Counted from the first letter of the stretch, positions 25,503 to 38,632 are shown. The stretch is DNA of 64,000 nt from an uncultured Candidatus Berkelbacteria bacterium (GCA_903851235.1 CAINNR010000030.1:13210-77209), one strand, 5' to 3'. The notes: generated from the letters alone by a model not told the origin. A program made the numbers and translations.

Positions 25503-27314
25503 ATGGAACTGCGAAATATTGCAATTATCGCCCACGTCGATCATGGGAAAACCACACTAGTTGATGGTTTTTTAAAGCAATCTAAAACCTTTCGCGACAA
25601 CGAAGCTTATATGGAACAGGATCTTATTCTCGATTCTAACGATCAGGAACGTGAGCGGGGAATCACGATTTTGGCGAAAAACACGGCGATCAATTATCGT
25701 GGTGTCAAAATCAATATTATCGACACTCCAGGCCATGCCGATTTTGCAGGTGAAGTTGAACGAACGCTAAATATGGCGGAAGGCGCAATTTTGGTCATCG
25801 ATGCCCAAGAAGGACCAATGCCGCAAACGAAATTTGTTTTGAAAAAAGCTTTTGAACTCGGGCTGAAGATCATTGTTGTGATAAATAAAATTGATAAAAA
25901 GAGCGCCGATATTGAGAAGACTATTAACAACACTTATGATTTGTTTTTGGATATGGCGCAAACCGACGATCAACTAGAATTCCCAATTTTTTACGCTCTC
26001 GGTCGGGAGGGAAAATCTTGGAGTGAAATGCCGGAAAATACCGATTCTGATGCTGATTTAACCCCGATCTTGGACGCCATCATCGACTATATTCCAGCAC
26101 CGGAGAAGAATGATGACAAGCCTTTTCAAATGCTGGTTTCGGCGCTCGATTATGACAACTTTATGGGAAAATATGCCGTTGGAAAAATTAAAAATGGTGT
26201 TGTTAAATCGGGTCAACCGGTGATTTTATTGGATGCCGACGGTGTAATCGGCAACGGAAAAATCGAAAAAATCTATCTTAACTCAGGAATGAAAAAAGTT
26301 GAAGTCAATGAAGCTTCATCCGGCGATATTGTCTCAATCGCCGGTATCAAAAATGCTACCATCGGTTACACTGTTGCTGACCCATCGAATCCGCTGGCTT
26401 TGCCGGCGCCGGCGATTGAAGAGCCGACACTGCGGATCTCAATTTATGCCAATACTTCACCATTTGCCGGTCGTGAGGGAAAATTTGTTACCGCCCGACA
26501 ACTCCTAGATCGAATCAAAAAGGAGTTGGAAACCAATGTCTCAATGAGACTTGATGCGTCACAAGATGGAAATTATATTTTATCCGGTCGCGGCGAACTG
26601 CATCTTTCCGTATTTATTGAAAATTTGCGTCGCGAAGGCTTTGAACTTCAAGTCGGCAAACCGGAGGTAATTACAAAAGTCATTAATGGCGTTCTTTCGG
26701 AGCCGACGGAGGAATTAACAGTTGATGTAAAGAGTGATTTTGCCCAAACAGTCATTGGGGAAATTAGTCGAAGACGGGGAATGCTAATTCATCAAAATGA
26801 AAATCCTGATGGCACAACCAGATTGGTTTTCGAAATTTCGACTCGCGGAACGCTTGGACTCAGAAATGCCTTAATGACGGCAACAAAAGGAACGGCGGTT
26901 ATCAACTCGCTATTTTTGCGATACTCTCCGGTTGGTCCGGCGTTACCGAAAACCAGAAGCGGAGTTTTGATTGCTTTCAGCCCGGGAAAAACAGTTGCCT
27001 ATGGACTAAATATCGCCCAACAACGCGGCGTTACATTTATCCCGCCACAAACCGAGGTCTACACAGGCATGATTGTCGGGATTACTCCAACCGAGCGAGA
27101 TATGGAAATTAATGTTACCAAAGAAAAACAGCTGACAAATGTTCGGGCGGCAAGTTCAGATATGATCACAATTTTGACGCCACCGACAATATTATCACTT
27201 GAACAGTGTATCGATTTTTTGGAAGATGATGAACTTTTGGAGGTTACGCCAAGTTCTTTGCGACTGAGAAAAAAGATTTTGGATGCAACTCAGCGAAATC
27301 GAGCCAGAAAATAA
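25503..27314 (+). CDS. typA: translational GTPase TypA/BipA
   Basis: G-domain [10 protein letters not shown] and [11 protein letters not shown]-like domains. Confidence 0.95.
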   Translation: MELRNIAIIAHVDHGKTTLVDGFLKQSKTFRDNEAYMEQDLILDSNDQERERGITILAKNTAINYRGVKINIIDTPGHADFAGEVERTLNMAEGAILVIDAQEGPMPQTKFVLKKAFELGLKIIVVINKIDKKSADIEKTINNTYDLFLDMAQTDDQLEFPIFYALGREGKSWSEMPENTDSDADLTPILDAIIDYIPAPEKNDDKPFQMLVSALDYDNFMGKYAVGKIKNGVVKSGQPVILLDADGVIGNGKIEKIYLNSGMKKVEVNEASSGDIVSIAGIKNATIGYTVADPSNPLALPAPAIEEPTLRISIYANTSPFAGREGKFVTARQLLDRIKKELETNVSMRLDASQDGNYILSGRGELHLSVFIENLRREGFELQVGKPEVITKVINGVLSEPTEELTVDVKSDFAQTVIGEISRRRGMLIHQNENPDGTTRLVFEISTRGTLGLRNALMTATKGTAVINSLFLRYSPVGPALPKTRSGVLIAFSPGKTVAYGLNIAQQRGVTFIPPQTEVYTGMIVGITPTERDMEINVTKEKQLTNVRAASSDMITILTPPTILSLEQCIDFLEDDELLEVTPSSLRLRKKILDATQRNRARK

Positions 27315-27454
27315 ATTGAAGTAATTACACAGATTCGTGACACAGATATTGTGTAAATAAATCCGAAACAATTTGTCATTGCGAGTCAGCAGACGTGGCA
27401 ATCTATTTTAGACGAACTGGTTTCCTTTTTGGTATAGATTGATATAATAAGCCT

Positions 27455-27988
27455 ATGGACAAACCCGATGCCAAAAAATTGCAATTAAATAACTATGCCT
27501 TTATCGACGGGCAGAATCTTAATCTTGGAATTAAAGAACTTGGCTGGAAATTAGATCTAAAGAAATTCAGAAAATATCTGGAGGATAAGTATCAAGCCAG
27601 AAAAGTGTATTACTTTATCGGCTATATCGACGGAAATCAGGTTTTATATCAAACACTTCAAGAATACGGATATATTTTGATTTTTAAGCCAACTTTAGAA
27701 GGTCCGGGTGGGAAAATCAAAGGCAATTGTGATGCCGAGTTGGTACTTCACACAATGATTGAATATCCAAATTATCGTCAGGCGGTTATTGTTACCAGTG
27801 ATGGTGATTTTGCCTGTCTAGTCGATTATCTGATTGAGAAAGAAAAATTAAAAACAGTTCTCGCTCCTAGCAACAAAAAATATTCTTCACTTTTGCGAAA
27901 AAGTACCAGAGGAAGGTTTGTAGCTTTCATGGATGTTTTAAAGAACAAACTTATTTATAAAGCTCAAAAAAAGAAAAGGACCCCTTAG
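27455..27988 (+). CDS. NYN-domain (LabA-like, PIN-fold) protein
   Basis: YAFIDGQNL...VTSDGDF acidic motifs typical of NYN. TATAAT 6 nt upstream of ATG, a leaderless-type arrangement. Confidence 0.75.
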   Translation: MDKPDAKKLQLNNYAFIDGQNLNLGIKELGWKLDLKKFRKYLEDKYQARKVYYFIGYIDGNQVLYQTLQEYGYILIFKPTLEGPGGKIKGNCDAELVLHTMIEYPNYRQAVIVTSDGDFACLVDYLIEKEKLKTVLAPSNKKYSSLLRKSTRGRFVAFMDVLKNKLIYKAQKKKRTP

Positions 27989-28083
27989 GGACAAAACCCG
28001 TCTGGAGCCTTTTCGTAGTGATTCTGTTACAATTATATCAAATGAAATAAATATGTCAATAGACTTAAAAATTGGGAGAAATA

Positions 28084-31100
<3,017 letters not shown>

Positions 31101-31105
31101 AAAAA

Positions 31106-31125
31106 GTCCCGCGGATGAGCGGGAC
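31106..31125. terminator. hairpin GTCCCGCggatgaGCGGGAC, T-run on the minus side (terminator for the 31141-31722 gene)
   Basis: 7-bp GC stem flanked by A-runs on plus, which read as T-runs on minus. Confidence 0.55.
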
Positions 31126-31140
31126 AAAAAATAACCAGAA

Positions 31141-31722
31141 CTAGTCTTCTCGGAATGCTTTTATGCCGAAAAGTCCTTGACAGTATTTACATTGGGCGGC
31201 TTCAAGTGGTGTGGTGCCTTGGGTCGGAAACAAAACTCTGCGATCAACAACGTGTAATCCTGTCGGAGACAGTTGGCATCGTTGGCATTGCTCAATCGGC
31301 AAAATGATCGATGGTATTTGTTCAGGCTGCCTGCCTTCAACCACCTCAAGGACGATCACGACCTCTCTATTTTCTTCGCTTTTGTTTCTCCACAGACTGT
31401 AGGTTTTTTGGTCGCTACTCAATTCTCTCAAAGCTTCTAAAAGAGTCACAATCTGAATTCCGTCTACCAATGAAAAGTCTTCCATTCTCCAGAATCTAGG
31501 ATCTTCCAGTTCTTGATTGGTAAGGCGAAGCAATTCTCCTCCGGGAGCGGTTCTGACGATTTCAGTTGTCGGAAGCAATTGATTGTCACTCAGAAAAAAG
31601 ACGGGGAAAATGACAACGTTTTGATCCTGCTCTTGAGAGATAAGAATCTGTCCATTTAGATGGCAACAATCGATTGCCGTCGGAACAGAGTAAGGTGCAT
31701 AATTTCTCGTTCTGCGAATCAT
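31141..31722 (-). CDS. hypothetical protein with C-terminal CxxC...CxxC zinc-ribbon-like motif (193 aa)
   Basis: ORF with its own terminator. CQRCQ ... CKYCQ near the C-terminus. Confidence 0.5.
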   Translation of the reverse strand: MIRRTRNYAPYSVPTAIDCCHLNGQILISQEQDQNVVIFPVFFLSDNQLLPTTEIVRTAPGGELLRLTNQELEDPRFWRMEDFSLVDGIQIVTLLEALRELSSDQKTYSLWRNKSEENREVVIVLEVVEGRQPEQIPSIILPIEQCQRCQLSPTGLHVVDRRVLFPTQGTTPLEAAQCKYCQGLFGIKAFRED

Positions 31723-31801
31723 CTCGTCACCTCTGTCCTCGTATTAGGTTCGCGAGCAAAGTGTAGCAAAATTTTAAATATTTATCAAGTGCCATCGGTT
31801 G

Positions 31802-31830
31802 TTGAAAAAAAATCATGCTAGTGCTAGAAT
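31802..31830 (+). promoter_or_regulatory. sigma70-like promoter TTGAAA-17-TAGAAT for gatC
   Basis: Hexamers at 31802-31807 and 31825-31830. Lies inside the N-terminal extension of the track ORF 31799. Confidence 0.45.
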
Positions 31831-31840
31831 ACGATTAAAT

Positions 31841-32155
31841 ATGGTTGATAAAAATATAAAATCAACGAATAATTCTTGGGTTGCGAATGTTGCCCAACTA
31901 GCTCGGATTGAACTCACCAATGCCGAGGAAACCAAATTTGCCGGCCAGCTCGGCGCGGTTTTGGAGAATTTTGAACTCTTAAATCAAGTTTATACCGACA
32001 ATGTCGAAATTACCGCTCAGGTCACCGGGCTGACCAATGTTTTTCGCTCCGACGAAGTAAAAAATCCCGCTGGTAAAAAATCCCGCGACGAACTTTTATC
32101 AAATGCACCGGAAGTAGAAGACGGTTCGATAAAAGTCCCAGGAGTTTTTCAATAA
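31841..32155 (+). CDS. gatC: Asp/Glu-tRNA(Asn/Gln) amidotransferase subunit C
   Basis: VAQLARIELTNAEETKFAGQLGAVLENFELLNQV is typical GatC. Start placed at the ATG downstream of the promoter. Stop overlaps the gatA start. Confidence 0.8.
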   Translation: MVDKNIKSTNNSWVANVAQLARIELTNAEETKFAGQLGAVLENFELLNQVYTDNVEITAQVTGLTNVFRSDEVKNPAGKKSRDELLSNAPEVEDGSIKVPGVFQ

Positions 32156-33633
32156 TGACTGATTTATATAAACTAACAATTTCGGAAGCGGCGAAAAAGC
32201 TGAAAACCGGCGAGATTACCTCGCTGGATTTAACGCAATCCTGTTTGGATCGAATCGCCGAAGTTGAGCCGAAAATTCAGGCGTTTATTACCATTTGCAA
32301 CCAATCGGCAATTTCGCAAGCGAAGGAAAGTGATAGGCGTAGAACTGAAAACAAACCGCTTTCCGACCTCGACGGAGTTCCTTTTGCCGCCAAGGATTTG
32401 TTTTGTACCAAAGGAGTTTTGACAACGGCGGCTTCAAAAATTCTTAATGATTTTGTCCCCGATTTTGAGTCAACGGTGACAAAAAAATTGCTTGACGCCG
32501 GTTGTGTGCTTTTAGGCAAAACCAATCTTGATCAATTTGCAATGGGTTCATCAACTGAAACTTCGGCCTACAAAACGACAAAAAATCCTTGGGACTTGGC
32601 TCGCGTTCCCGGTGGATCGTCGGGTGGCTCGGCTGCTGCTGTTGCGGCCGATGAATGTATTTTTTCTTTGGGCACCGATACTGGCGGTTCAATCCGTCAG
32701 CCGGCATCGCTTTGCAGCGTCGTCGGACTAAAACCAACCTACGGTCGAGTCAGCCGATACGGCGTAATCGCAATGGCGTCGTCGCTTGATACCATCGGTC
32801 CGATCACCAAAACTGTTGAAGACGCGGCGATTGTGATGAATGTCATCGCCGGAATTGATGATAAAGACTCAACAACACTGCCGAATAAAACTCCGAATTA
32901 TAAAAAATCATTGGCCGGTGACATCTCCGGTTTGAAAATCGGAGTTCCAAAAGAGTTTTTTGGTCAAGGCATGAACAGCGAAGTTGAAAAGATCGTTCAA
33001 AGTGCGATTGATTTTTACCGGAGAAACGGCGCAGAAATTGTCGAAGTTTCTTTACCTCATGTAAAATACGCCCTTTCTGTCTACTATATTATTATGCCGG
33101 CGGAGGTCGCTTCGAATTTAGCCAGATTTGATGGTATCAGGTACGGTTATTCAAAAATCAAGAACCAAAAATCGGCGATAAAAAATCTGGAGGATGTTTA
33201 CATTTCCAGTCGAACCGAGGGTTTCGGCGATGAAGCCAAGCGGCGAATAATTTTGGGTAATTATGTTCTGTCCTCCGGTTATTACGACGCCTATTACAAG
33301 AAAGCTCAGCAGGTCCGAACTTTGGTCAAGAAAGATTTTGAAAAAGCTTTTGAAAAAGTTGATATTTTAATTACGCCTGTTTCACCAACCGCGGCTTTTA
33401 AAATCGGCGAAAAAACCGATGACCCGATGCAAATGTATTTATCGGATATCCACACGGTGCCAATAAATCCTGCCGGAGTGCCGGCAATTTCAATTCCCGC
33501 CGGTTTCACACTTGACAACTTGCCGGTTGGAATCCAAATCATCGGTCCGCATTTGGCTGAAGAGTCAATTTTCAAAGTCGCCAACGCTTTTCAACAAGCA
33601 ACTGATTTTCATCAAAGAAAGCCAAAAATTTGA
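32155..33633 (+). CDS. gatA: Glu-tRNA(Gln) amidotransferase subunit A
   Basis: Amidase signature GGSSGGSAAAVAA and catalytic Ser/Lys context. Confidence 0.95.
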   Translation: MTDLYKLTISEAAKKLKTGEITSLDLTQSCLDRIAEVEPKIQAFITICNQSAISQAKESDRRRTENKPLSDLDGVPFAAKDLFCTKGVLTTAASKILNDFVPDFESTVTKKLLDAGCVLLGKTNLDQFAMGSSTETSAYKTTKNPWDLARVPGGSSGGSAAAVAADECIFSLGTDTGGSIRQPASLCSVVGLKPTYGRVSRYGVIAMASSLDTIGPITKTVEDAAIVMNVIAGIDDKDSTTLPNKTPNYKKSLAGDISGLKIGVPKEFFGQGMNSEVEKIVQSAIDFYRRNGAEIVEVSLPHVKYALSVYYIIMPAEVASNLARFDGIRYGYSKIKNQKSAIKNLEDVYISSRTEGFGDEAKRRIILGNYVLSSGYYDAYYKKAQQVRTLVKKDFEKAFEKVDILITPVSPTAAFKIGEKTDDPMQMYLSDIHTVPINPAGVPAISIPAGFTLDNLPVGIQIIGPHLAEESIFKVANAFQQATDFHQRKPKI

Positions 33634-33635
33634 TC

Positions 33636-34682
33636 ATGAGCAAAAAAATCACAGTGAAAAAATACGATGTGATAATCATCGGGGCAGGTCCGGCTGGACT
33701 TTCAGCTGCTAAAATTTTAGCTGAAAATGGCAAAACGGTTTTGGTTTTAGAAAAAAACAAGGTGATCGGTCCAAAAGTTTGTGCTGGTGGTTTGACGACC
33801 AAGGATTTTAAACTCGGAATTAATAAAAAAATCGCTGATAAATTTTTTTCAAAAGTCGTTTTGCATACGCCGTTGTTTGATGATGAAATAAAAGATGACA
33901 AGCCTTTTGTTGCAACTGTTGACCGAGGCAGGTTGGGTAAGCGTATGGTTAAGGAAGCCGAAAAAGTTGGAGCAGAAATAAAAATAGATGTTGAAGTGAA
34001 AGATATAAAAAATGCTTTTGTTGAAATAGCTGATGGCAAAAAAATCTACTACAAATACCTAATTGGTGCCGATGGCTCAAATTCCTTGGTAAGAAAAATA
34101 CTGAATATAAAAAAAGAAACCCAAATGATTGCTTTCCATTATAAAGTTGCGGAGAGACTTCCTGACATTGAATTATTTTTTAATGCTGAATTGTTCGGTG
34201 CCGGTTATGCCTGGATTTTTCCGCACAAAGATTTTACTTCAATTGGCTGTGGCGCCGATATTAGATTTTTAGTGGACGCTCAACAGCTTGAGGAAAATTT
34301 CAAAAAATGGGCAAGAGAAAATTATCCCAAAGTCCAGTTTAAAGTTGATGATCGCGAAGCCTGGTATATTAATTATGATTACAGGGGCCACGAATTCGGC
34401 AATAAATTTCTGGTTGGCGACGCGGCAGGTTTCGCTTCCGGTTTGACTGGTGAGGGAATGTATTTTGCGATGATTTCCGGCATAGAAATTGCGAAAAAAA
34501 TAATTGATCCAGAATATAATCAATCAAAATTGAAAGAAATCATAGCATTGAAGAAAAAACACGAGGACATTCTAAATTTAATGGAGAAAAATAAAGTTTT
34601 GTCTCAAATTGAATATAATCTACTTGGATTGGCACAAAAAAGTCGATTACTGGACAGTCTATTAATTGAGGAATTTTGTTAA
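33636..34682 (+). CDS. FAD-dependent oxidoreductase, geranylgeranyl reductase family
   Basis: GAGPAG Rossmann motif, GADG, and GDAAG near the C-terminus. TTG at 33630 is an alternative start. Confidence 0.75.
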   Translation: MSKKITVKKYDVIIIGAGPAGLSAAKILAENGKTVLVLEKNKVIGPKVCAGGLTTKDFKLGINKKIADKFFSKVVLHTPLFDDEIKDDKPFVATVDRGRLGKRMVKEAEKVGAEIKIDVEVKDIKNAFVEIADGKKIYYKYLIGADGSNSLVRKILNIKKETQMIAFHYKVAERLPDIELFFNAELFGAGYAWIFPHKDFTSIGCGADIRFLVDAQQLEENFKKWARENYPKVQFKVDDREAWYINYDYRGHEFGNKFLVGDAAGFASGLTGEGMYFAMISGIEIAKKIIDPEYNQSKLKEIIALKKKHEDILNLMEKNKVLSQIEYNLLGLAQKSRLLDSLLIEEFC

Positions 34683-34688
34683 CAAACC

Positions 34689-35336
34689 ATGGGTAGAAAA
34701 CAACGCGAAAAAAAGGCAAGAAAAATAGAAGAGATGACGACTTTGGAGGAAGAGATGAAAGCCAAGGCTAATTTTTTCGACCCAAAAAAGTTTTTTTTGT
34801 CGCCAATCTTCATCATCTTTGTTATTTGTATTGTGGCTCTGATCGCCTACCCTTTTGTAAGCCAAAAGTATTTTCCGCAGGGGAAATACGCAATTTTAGA
34901 AACCTCCGAGGGCAATATTAAAATAGAGTTGCGAGCCGACAAAGCGCCAAAAACCGTTGCCAATTTTGTTTCATTGGCAAAATCCGGTTTTTACAAAAAT
35001 ATGATTTGGCACCGAGTGGTTAAAGGTTTTGTTATTCAAACCGGTGACCCGACCGGAACCGGAACCGGTGGCGCCGGGAGACAGGTCAATGATGAAATTT
35101 CCGATTTGAATTTTACCGCCGGTATTGTCGGTATGGCGAATGCCGGAGCCAACACCAATGACTCGCAATTTTTTATCACCACAGTCGATGGCCAAACATC
35201 ACTCAACGGAAAATATACTTCGTTCGGTCAAGTTGTCGAAGGCATGGACGTGGTAAAAAAAATTGAAGCGACACCAACCGATTCCAACGAAAAACCGCTT
35301 TCACCGGTTTATCTAAAAAGTGTGATATTAAAATAA
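34689..35336 (+). CDS. membrane-anchored cyclophilin-type peptidyl-prolyl cis-trans isomerase
   Basis: N-terminal TM plus cyclophilin core (FHRVVKGFVIQTGDP, GMANAG, QFFIT). Confidence 0.85.
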   Translation: MGRKQREKKARKIEEMTTLEEEMKAKANFFDPKKFFLSPIFIIFVICIVALIAYPFVSQKYFPQGKYAILETSEGNIKIELRADKAPKTVANFVSLAKSGFYKNMIWHRVVKGFVIQTGDPTGTGTGGAGRQVNDEISDLNFTAGIVGMANAGANTNDSQFFITTVDGQTSLNGKYTSFGQVVEGMDVVKKIEATPTDSNEKPLSPVYLKSVILK

Positions 35337-36077
35337 TGGAATCATTAGCAGAAAAAAATTTTATTTTTTTAGATGAGTCTGGAAAACCTGAAGTGTTTTC
35401 AAGTCGCGGAGTAAATTTAGTTGTAAAAAATCAGGCATCAAAATTCTTAGTTATTTCAGCGATCGGAACAACGGACCAACTTGATATACAAAGAAAAGTT
35501 ACAGCTTTTCGATCAGCTTTTGAATGATAACCAATTGACCAAAATTTTTTTGTCAGCGTACACACCAGATGCATTTCATGCGCAAGTTGATTACCCTGAA
35601 GTAATGGAAAAATTTTATGTTTTTATTAATTCTTTGAAAGAAAATAAAATAGATGTTATCGTGGTTGACAAATTGAGATGTTACGTGCCACTCCAACAAA
35701 ATTCTGGGAAAATGTATGGGGTTATGGCTGGACAATTATTGAAGAATATCTGTCATCAATCAAACAATACTGAGGTTATTTTTTCAAGAAAAGATAGCAA
35801 ATTAAAACTTCAAAAAGAACTTGAAGCCGAAGTAGAGAAAGTCCGGTTAGACTATTTACAGCAACATCCGAATTTAGATGCTAAATATTCATTGGCATAT
35901 CATCACAATCCACATTACACTCACGGTGCTTTACAAATAGCTGATTATATTTCTTTCGCGGTTTTTCAGGTTTTCGAAAATCAAAATAGAAAATGGTATG
36001 ATTTGGTTAAGCCGAGCATTGGCAAAATTCAAGATATATGTAATAAAAAATACTTCACTCGTAGCAACCCGCTGTAA
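35336..36077 (+). pseudogene. DUF3800-family gene split by a frameshift (ORFs 35336-35527 and 35481-36077)
   Basis: The first ORF begins with the DUF3800 N-terminal FLDESG motif. The second ORF carries the C-terminal HGALQIADYIS segment. Frames differ by 1 across an A-rich stretch around 35470-35500. Confidence 0.5.
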
Positions 36078-36290
36078 CTATCCAATTAAGGAAGTGCGAA
36101 CTTCGCACGTTTCATTCAGCGATTTGCTACCAATGAAGTATCTGTAGTAAGTATAACAAAGTGTGATAAAGTATGTCAATAGTCTAACAATAAAAAAATG
36201 GGAGGCGTTGCGACGTGACACGTAGTCAAGCGTTCGTTTGATCCTAGCATATCAAACTGTAAAGTAGTTTTTTCAAACTAAGGGAGAAAA

Positions 36291-36332
36291 ATGAGCGAAA
36301 CATTGAAACCGGAAAAGAATAAACAAAATTAA
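36291..36332 (+). CDS. possible 13-aa sORF MSETLKPEKNKQN with strong RBS, 4 nt upstream of the next gene
   Basis: AAGGGAG lies 4 nt before the ATG. May be a leader peptide or may simply reflect the RBS context. Confidence 0.2.
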   Translation: MSETLKPEKNKQN

Positions 36333-36336
36333 AATA

Positions 36337-36771
36337 ATGTCAAGGCGTAATCAACAAACCGTTTTAGAGAAAATTGTTCTGGGCATTTTTGCCGGGATTT
36401 GGTGGCTCGTGAAATTGCCGTTTCGTCGGAAAAAAAGTGGCGGAAAAATTTCTCTTGCCGACCAAAAGTATATTATGTCCAAACGTCATGAAATTGAAAA
36501 AATGGCCCAAAGTGATAATATATATGAGTTAAAGCATGCGGTAATTGAGGCTGATATATTGGTTGATTTTATTTTGAAAAAGCGTGGATTTGCCGGTGAA
36601 ACTTTTGCTGACCGGTTGCGTAGTGCCGAGAAAAAAATCGATCAGGCGAATTATCAAAATCTTTGGAACGCCCACAAAGTTCGAAACCAAATCGCCCACG
36701 ACGATGTGGAAATTAGTAAAGGACAATTAATAAAAGCAATAAGAACATTAATGGAGGATTATTATGCCTGA
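36337..36771 (+). CDS. membrane-anchored protein with C-terminal HEPN-like Rx4H motif
   Basis: TM segment LGIFAGIWWLV. C-terminal KVRNQIAHDD fits the HEPN Rx4-6H signature. Domain call is tentative. Confidence 0.45.
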   Translation: MSRRNQQTVLEKIVLGIFAGIWWLVKLPFRRKKSGGKISLADQKYIMSKRHEIEKMAQSDNIYELKHAVIEADILVDFILKKRGFAGETFADRLRSAEKKIDQANYQNLWNAHKVRNQIAHDDVEISKGQLIKAIRTLMEDYYA

Positions 36772-37213
36772 AGGATTACCCGGTTTTAATTCGGAATCAG
36801 TGACAAACCAACGACTTAGCCAGATTGAAAAAACTAGAGATAAATTAAATAATCTAATTTCTTCTCTGGCGTCCGGTTATCATTATTTTTTACCAACGGC
36901 AGCTCAAACGACAAAATTTTTTGCTGAAAGCAGCCCTGATTCAGCAGGCTTCCATAAAATGAATGATAGGCGGCAAAAGCTTGCGGAAATTGGTGTTGAT
37001 ATTAGTCGGCAGATGGAAGTTTATGACTTAACCCAAGAGGAAGTAAATAGTTACGAAGGGATTATTTCCGCCGCCAAAAGTTCGGGTGAGGTAAATGATG
37101 AGGAACTGGATGCAGTTGAAGCAACAGAAAAAAAGATGATTGAAATTTATCAGGCACTGAAAAAAATGGGTTACGAAGATAGTGATTTGGGAGTGGCCGA
37201 AACATCGGAGTGA
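36764..37213 (+). CDS. acidic hypothetical protein (149 aa), translationally coupled to the 36337-36771 gene
   Basis: ATGCCTGA start-stop overlap. No family recognised. Confidence 0.5.
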   Translation: MPEGLPGFNSESVTNQRLSQIEKTRDKLNNLISSLASGYHYFLPTAAQTTKFFAESSPDSAGFHKMNDRRQKLAEIGVDISRQMEVYDLTQEEVNSYEGIISAAKSSGEVNDEELDAVEATEKKMIEIYQALKKMGYEDSDLGVAETSE

Positions 37214-37216
37214 GAA

Positions 37217-38632
37217 ATGCCAGAGTTTAAAACCATAATCGGGCTGGAAATTCATTGCCAGCTGAAAACCAAGAGTAAAATGTTTTGCTCCTGTAATAAT
37301 AATGCTGAGAATGCCGAACCGAACACTTTGGTTTGTCCGGTCTGTTTGGCGATGCCGGGAACTTTACCGGTGACAAACCAAACGGCGGTTGAAATGACGG
37401 TGATGACTGGCTTGGCGTTTGGCTGTCAGATTCCGGTTGAGTCCAAGTTTGACCGCAAGCACTATTTTTATCCTGATTTGCCGAAAGGTTATCAAATATC
37501 TCAATATGATCAGCCACTTTGCAAAGGTGGAAGTGTTGAAATTAATGACCATATTATCCGTCTAAACAGAATTCATTTGGAGGAAGATGCTGGTAAGTTG
37601 ACTCATCCTGTTGGCAAAGATCACTCATTGGTTGATTTAAATCGGGCCGGAACACCGTTGATGGAGATCGTTTCCGAGCCGGATATTACTACGCCGGCGG
37701 AGGCGCGACAATTTATGGAGGAGTTGCAACTTGCGCTTCGTTATCTTGGAGTCTCAGACGCCGATATGGAAAAGGGACATTTGCGCTGTGACGCCAATAT
37801 TTCGATCCAAAAGAACGGGAAATCATCACCAATTGTTGAGATAAAAAACCTGAATTCCTTTAAATTCGTTGAACAGGCTTTAGCGTTTGAGGAGAAGAGA
37901 TTGACGGCGGATTTTGCCAATTGGCCGGAAAATCGACTTAAAATCACTCGCGGTTTTGATTCAAATAAAGGAATTACTTTTGAACAGCGACGAAAAGAGG
38001 AAGCGGCTGATTATCGCTATTTTCCCGAACCGGATCTACCGCCGATTCAGATTTCAGAGAGTCGGATATCAGAGATCAAGAAAGAAATCAAGGAATTGCC
38101 GAAACAGAAGCATCAGAGATATGTTGATGCCGGAATTCGGCCGGATATAGCGGAGAAATTGATTCGCCAGCCACAGCTGGTTGAATATTTGGAGAGCGCA
38201 GCCGAGTTGAAGCATGATATAGCATTGTTTGTTTCCGAAGAAGTTAGCCGGGCGTTGGTTGAAAATAAAATATCATTTGCCGATTATCAAAAACGCGTGC
38301 CGATTTCCAAAATCGCCGATTTATTGAATTTGGTCGGCGAAGGAATTATTTCAAAAACTTCCGCCAAAGAGATCTTCGCAGAAATGATAATGACAGGCGA
38401 GGCGCCGGCTGGTATAATTAAAAAGCAGGGGCTAGAGCAGGTTTCAGATTGCTCTGAGCTCGAATCGACAATCAATCGAGTCGTTGATGAAAATCCGGAT
38501 CTGGTTGAAAAATATCGAGCCGGGAAGACACAGGTTATCGGTTTTTTTGTCGGGAAAATTATGCAAACAACTAAAGGTAAAGCAAATCCGCAAGTCTTGA
38601 ATAGGTTGTTGACCCAAAGGCTTTCAAAATAA
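37217..38632 (+). CDS. gatB: Asp/Glu-tRNA amidotransferase subunit B
   Basis: IGLEIHCQL, Zn-binding Cys cluster and C-terminal YqeY-like domain. Confidence 0.95.
   Translation: MPEFKTIIGLEIHCQLKTKSKMFCSCNNNAENAEPNTLVCPVCLAMPGTLPVTNQTAVEMTVMTGLAFGCQIPVESKFDRKHYFYPDLPKGYQISQYDQPLCKGGSVEINDHIIRLNRIHLEEDAGKLTHPVGKDHSLVDLNRAGTPLMEIVSEPDITTPAEARQFMEELQLALRYLGVSDADMEKGHLRCDANISIQKNGKSSPIVEIKNLNSFKFVEQALAFEEKRLTADFANWPENRLKITRGFDSNKGITFEQRRKEEAADYRYFPEPDLPPIQISESRISEIKKEIKELPKQKHQRYVDAGIRPDIAEKLIRQPQLVEYLESAAELKHDIALFVSEEVSRALVENKISFADYQKRVPISKIADLLNLVGEGIISKTSAKEIFAEMIMTGEAPAGIIKKQGLEQVSDCSELESTINRVVDENPDLVEKYRAGKTQVIGFFVGKIMQTTKGKANPQVLNRLLTQRLSK

Noticed and set aside
31799-31840. N-terminal extension of gatC
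   Set aside because: A TTGAAA-17-TAGAAT promoter lies inside it. GatC family length fits the start at 31841.
36100-36290. Possible tRNA or known riboswitch in the structured intergenic region
   Set aside because: No cloverleaf with a T-loop GTTCRANYC or anticodon arm could be built. No riboswitch consensus (TPP, SAM, glycine, c-di-GMP and others) was recognised. It is kept only as an unexplained structured region.
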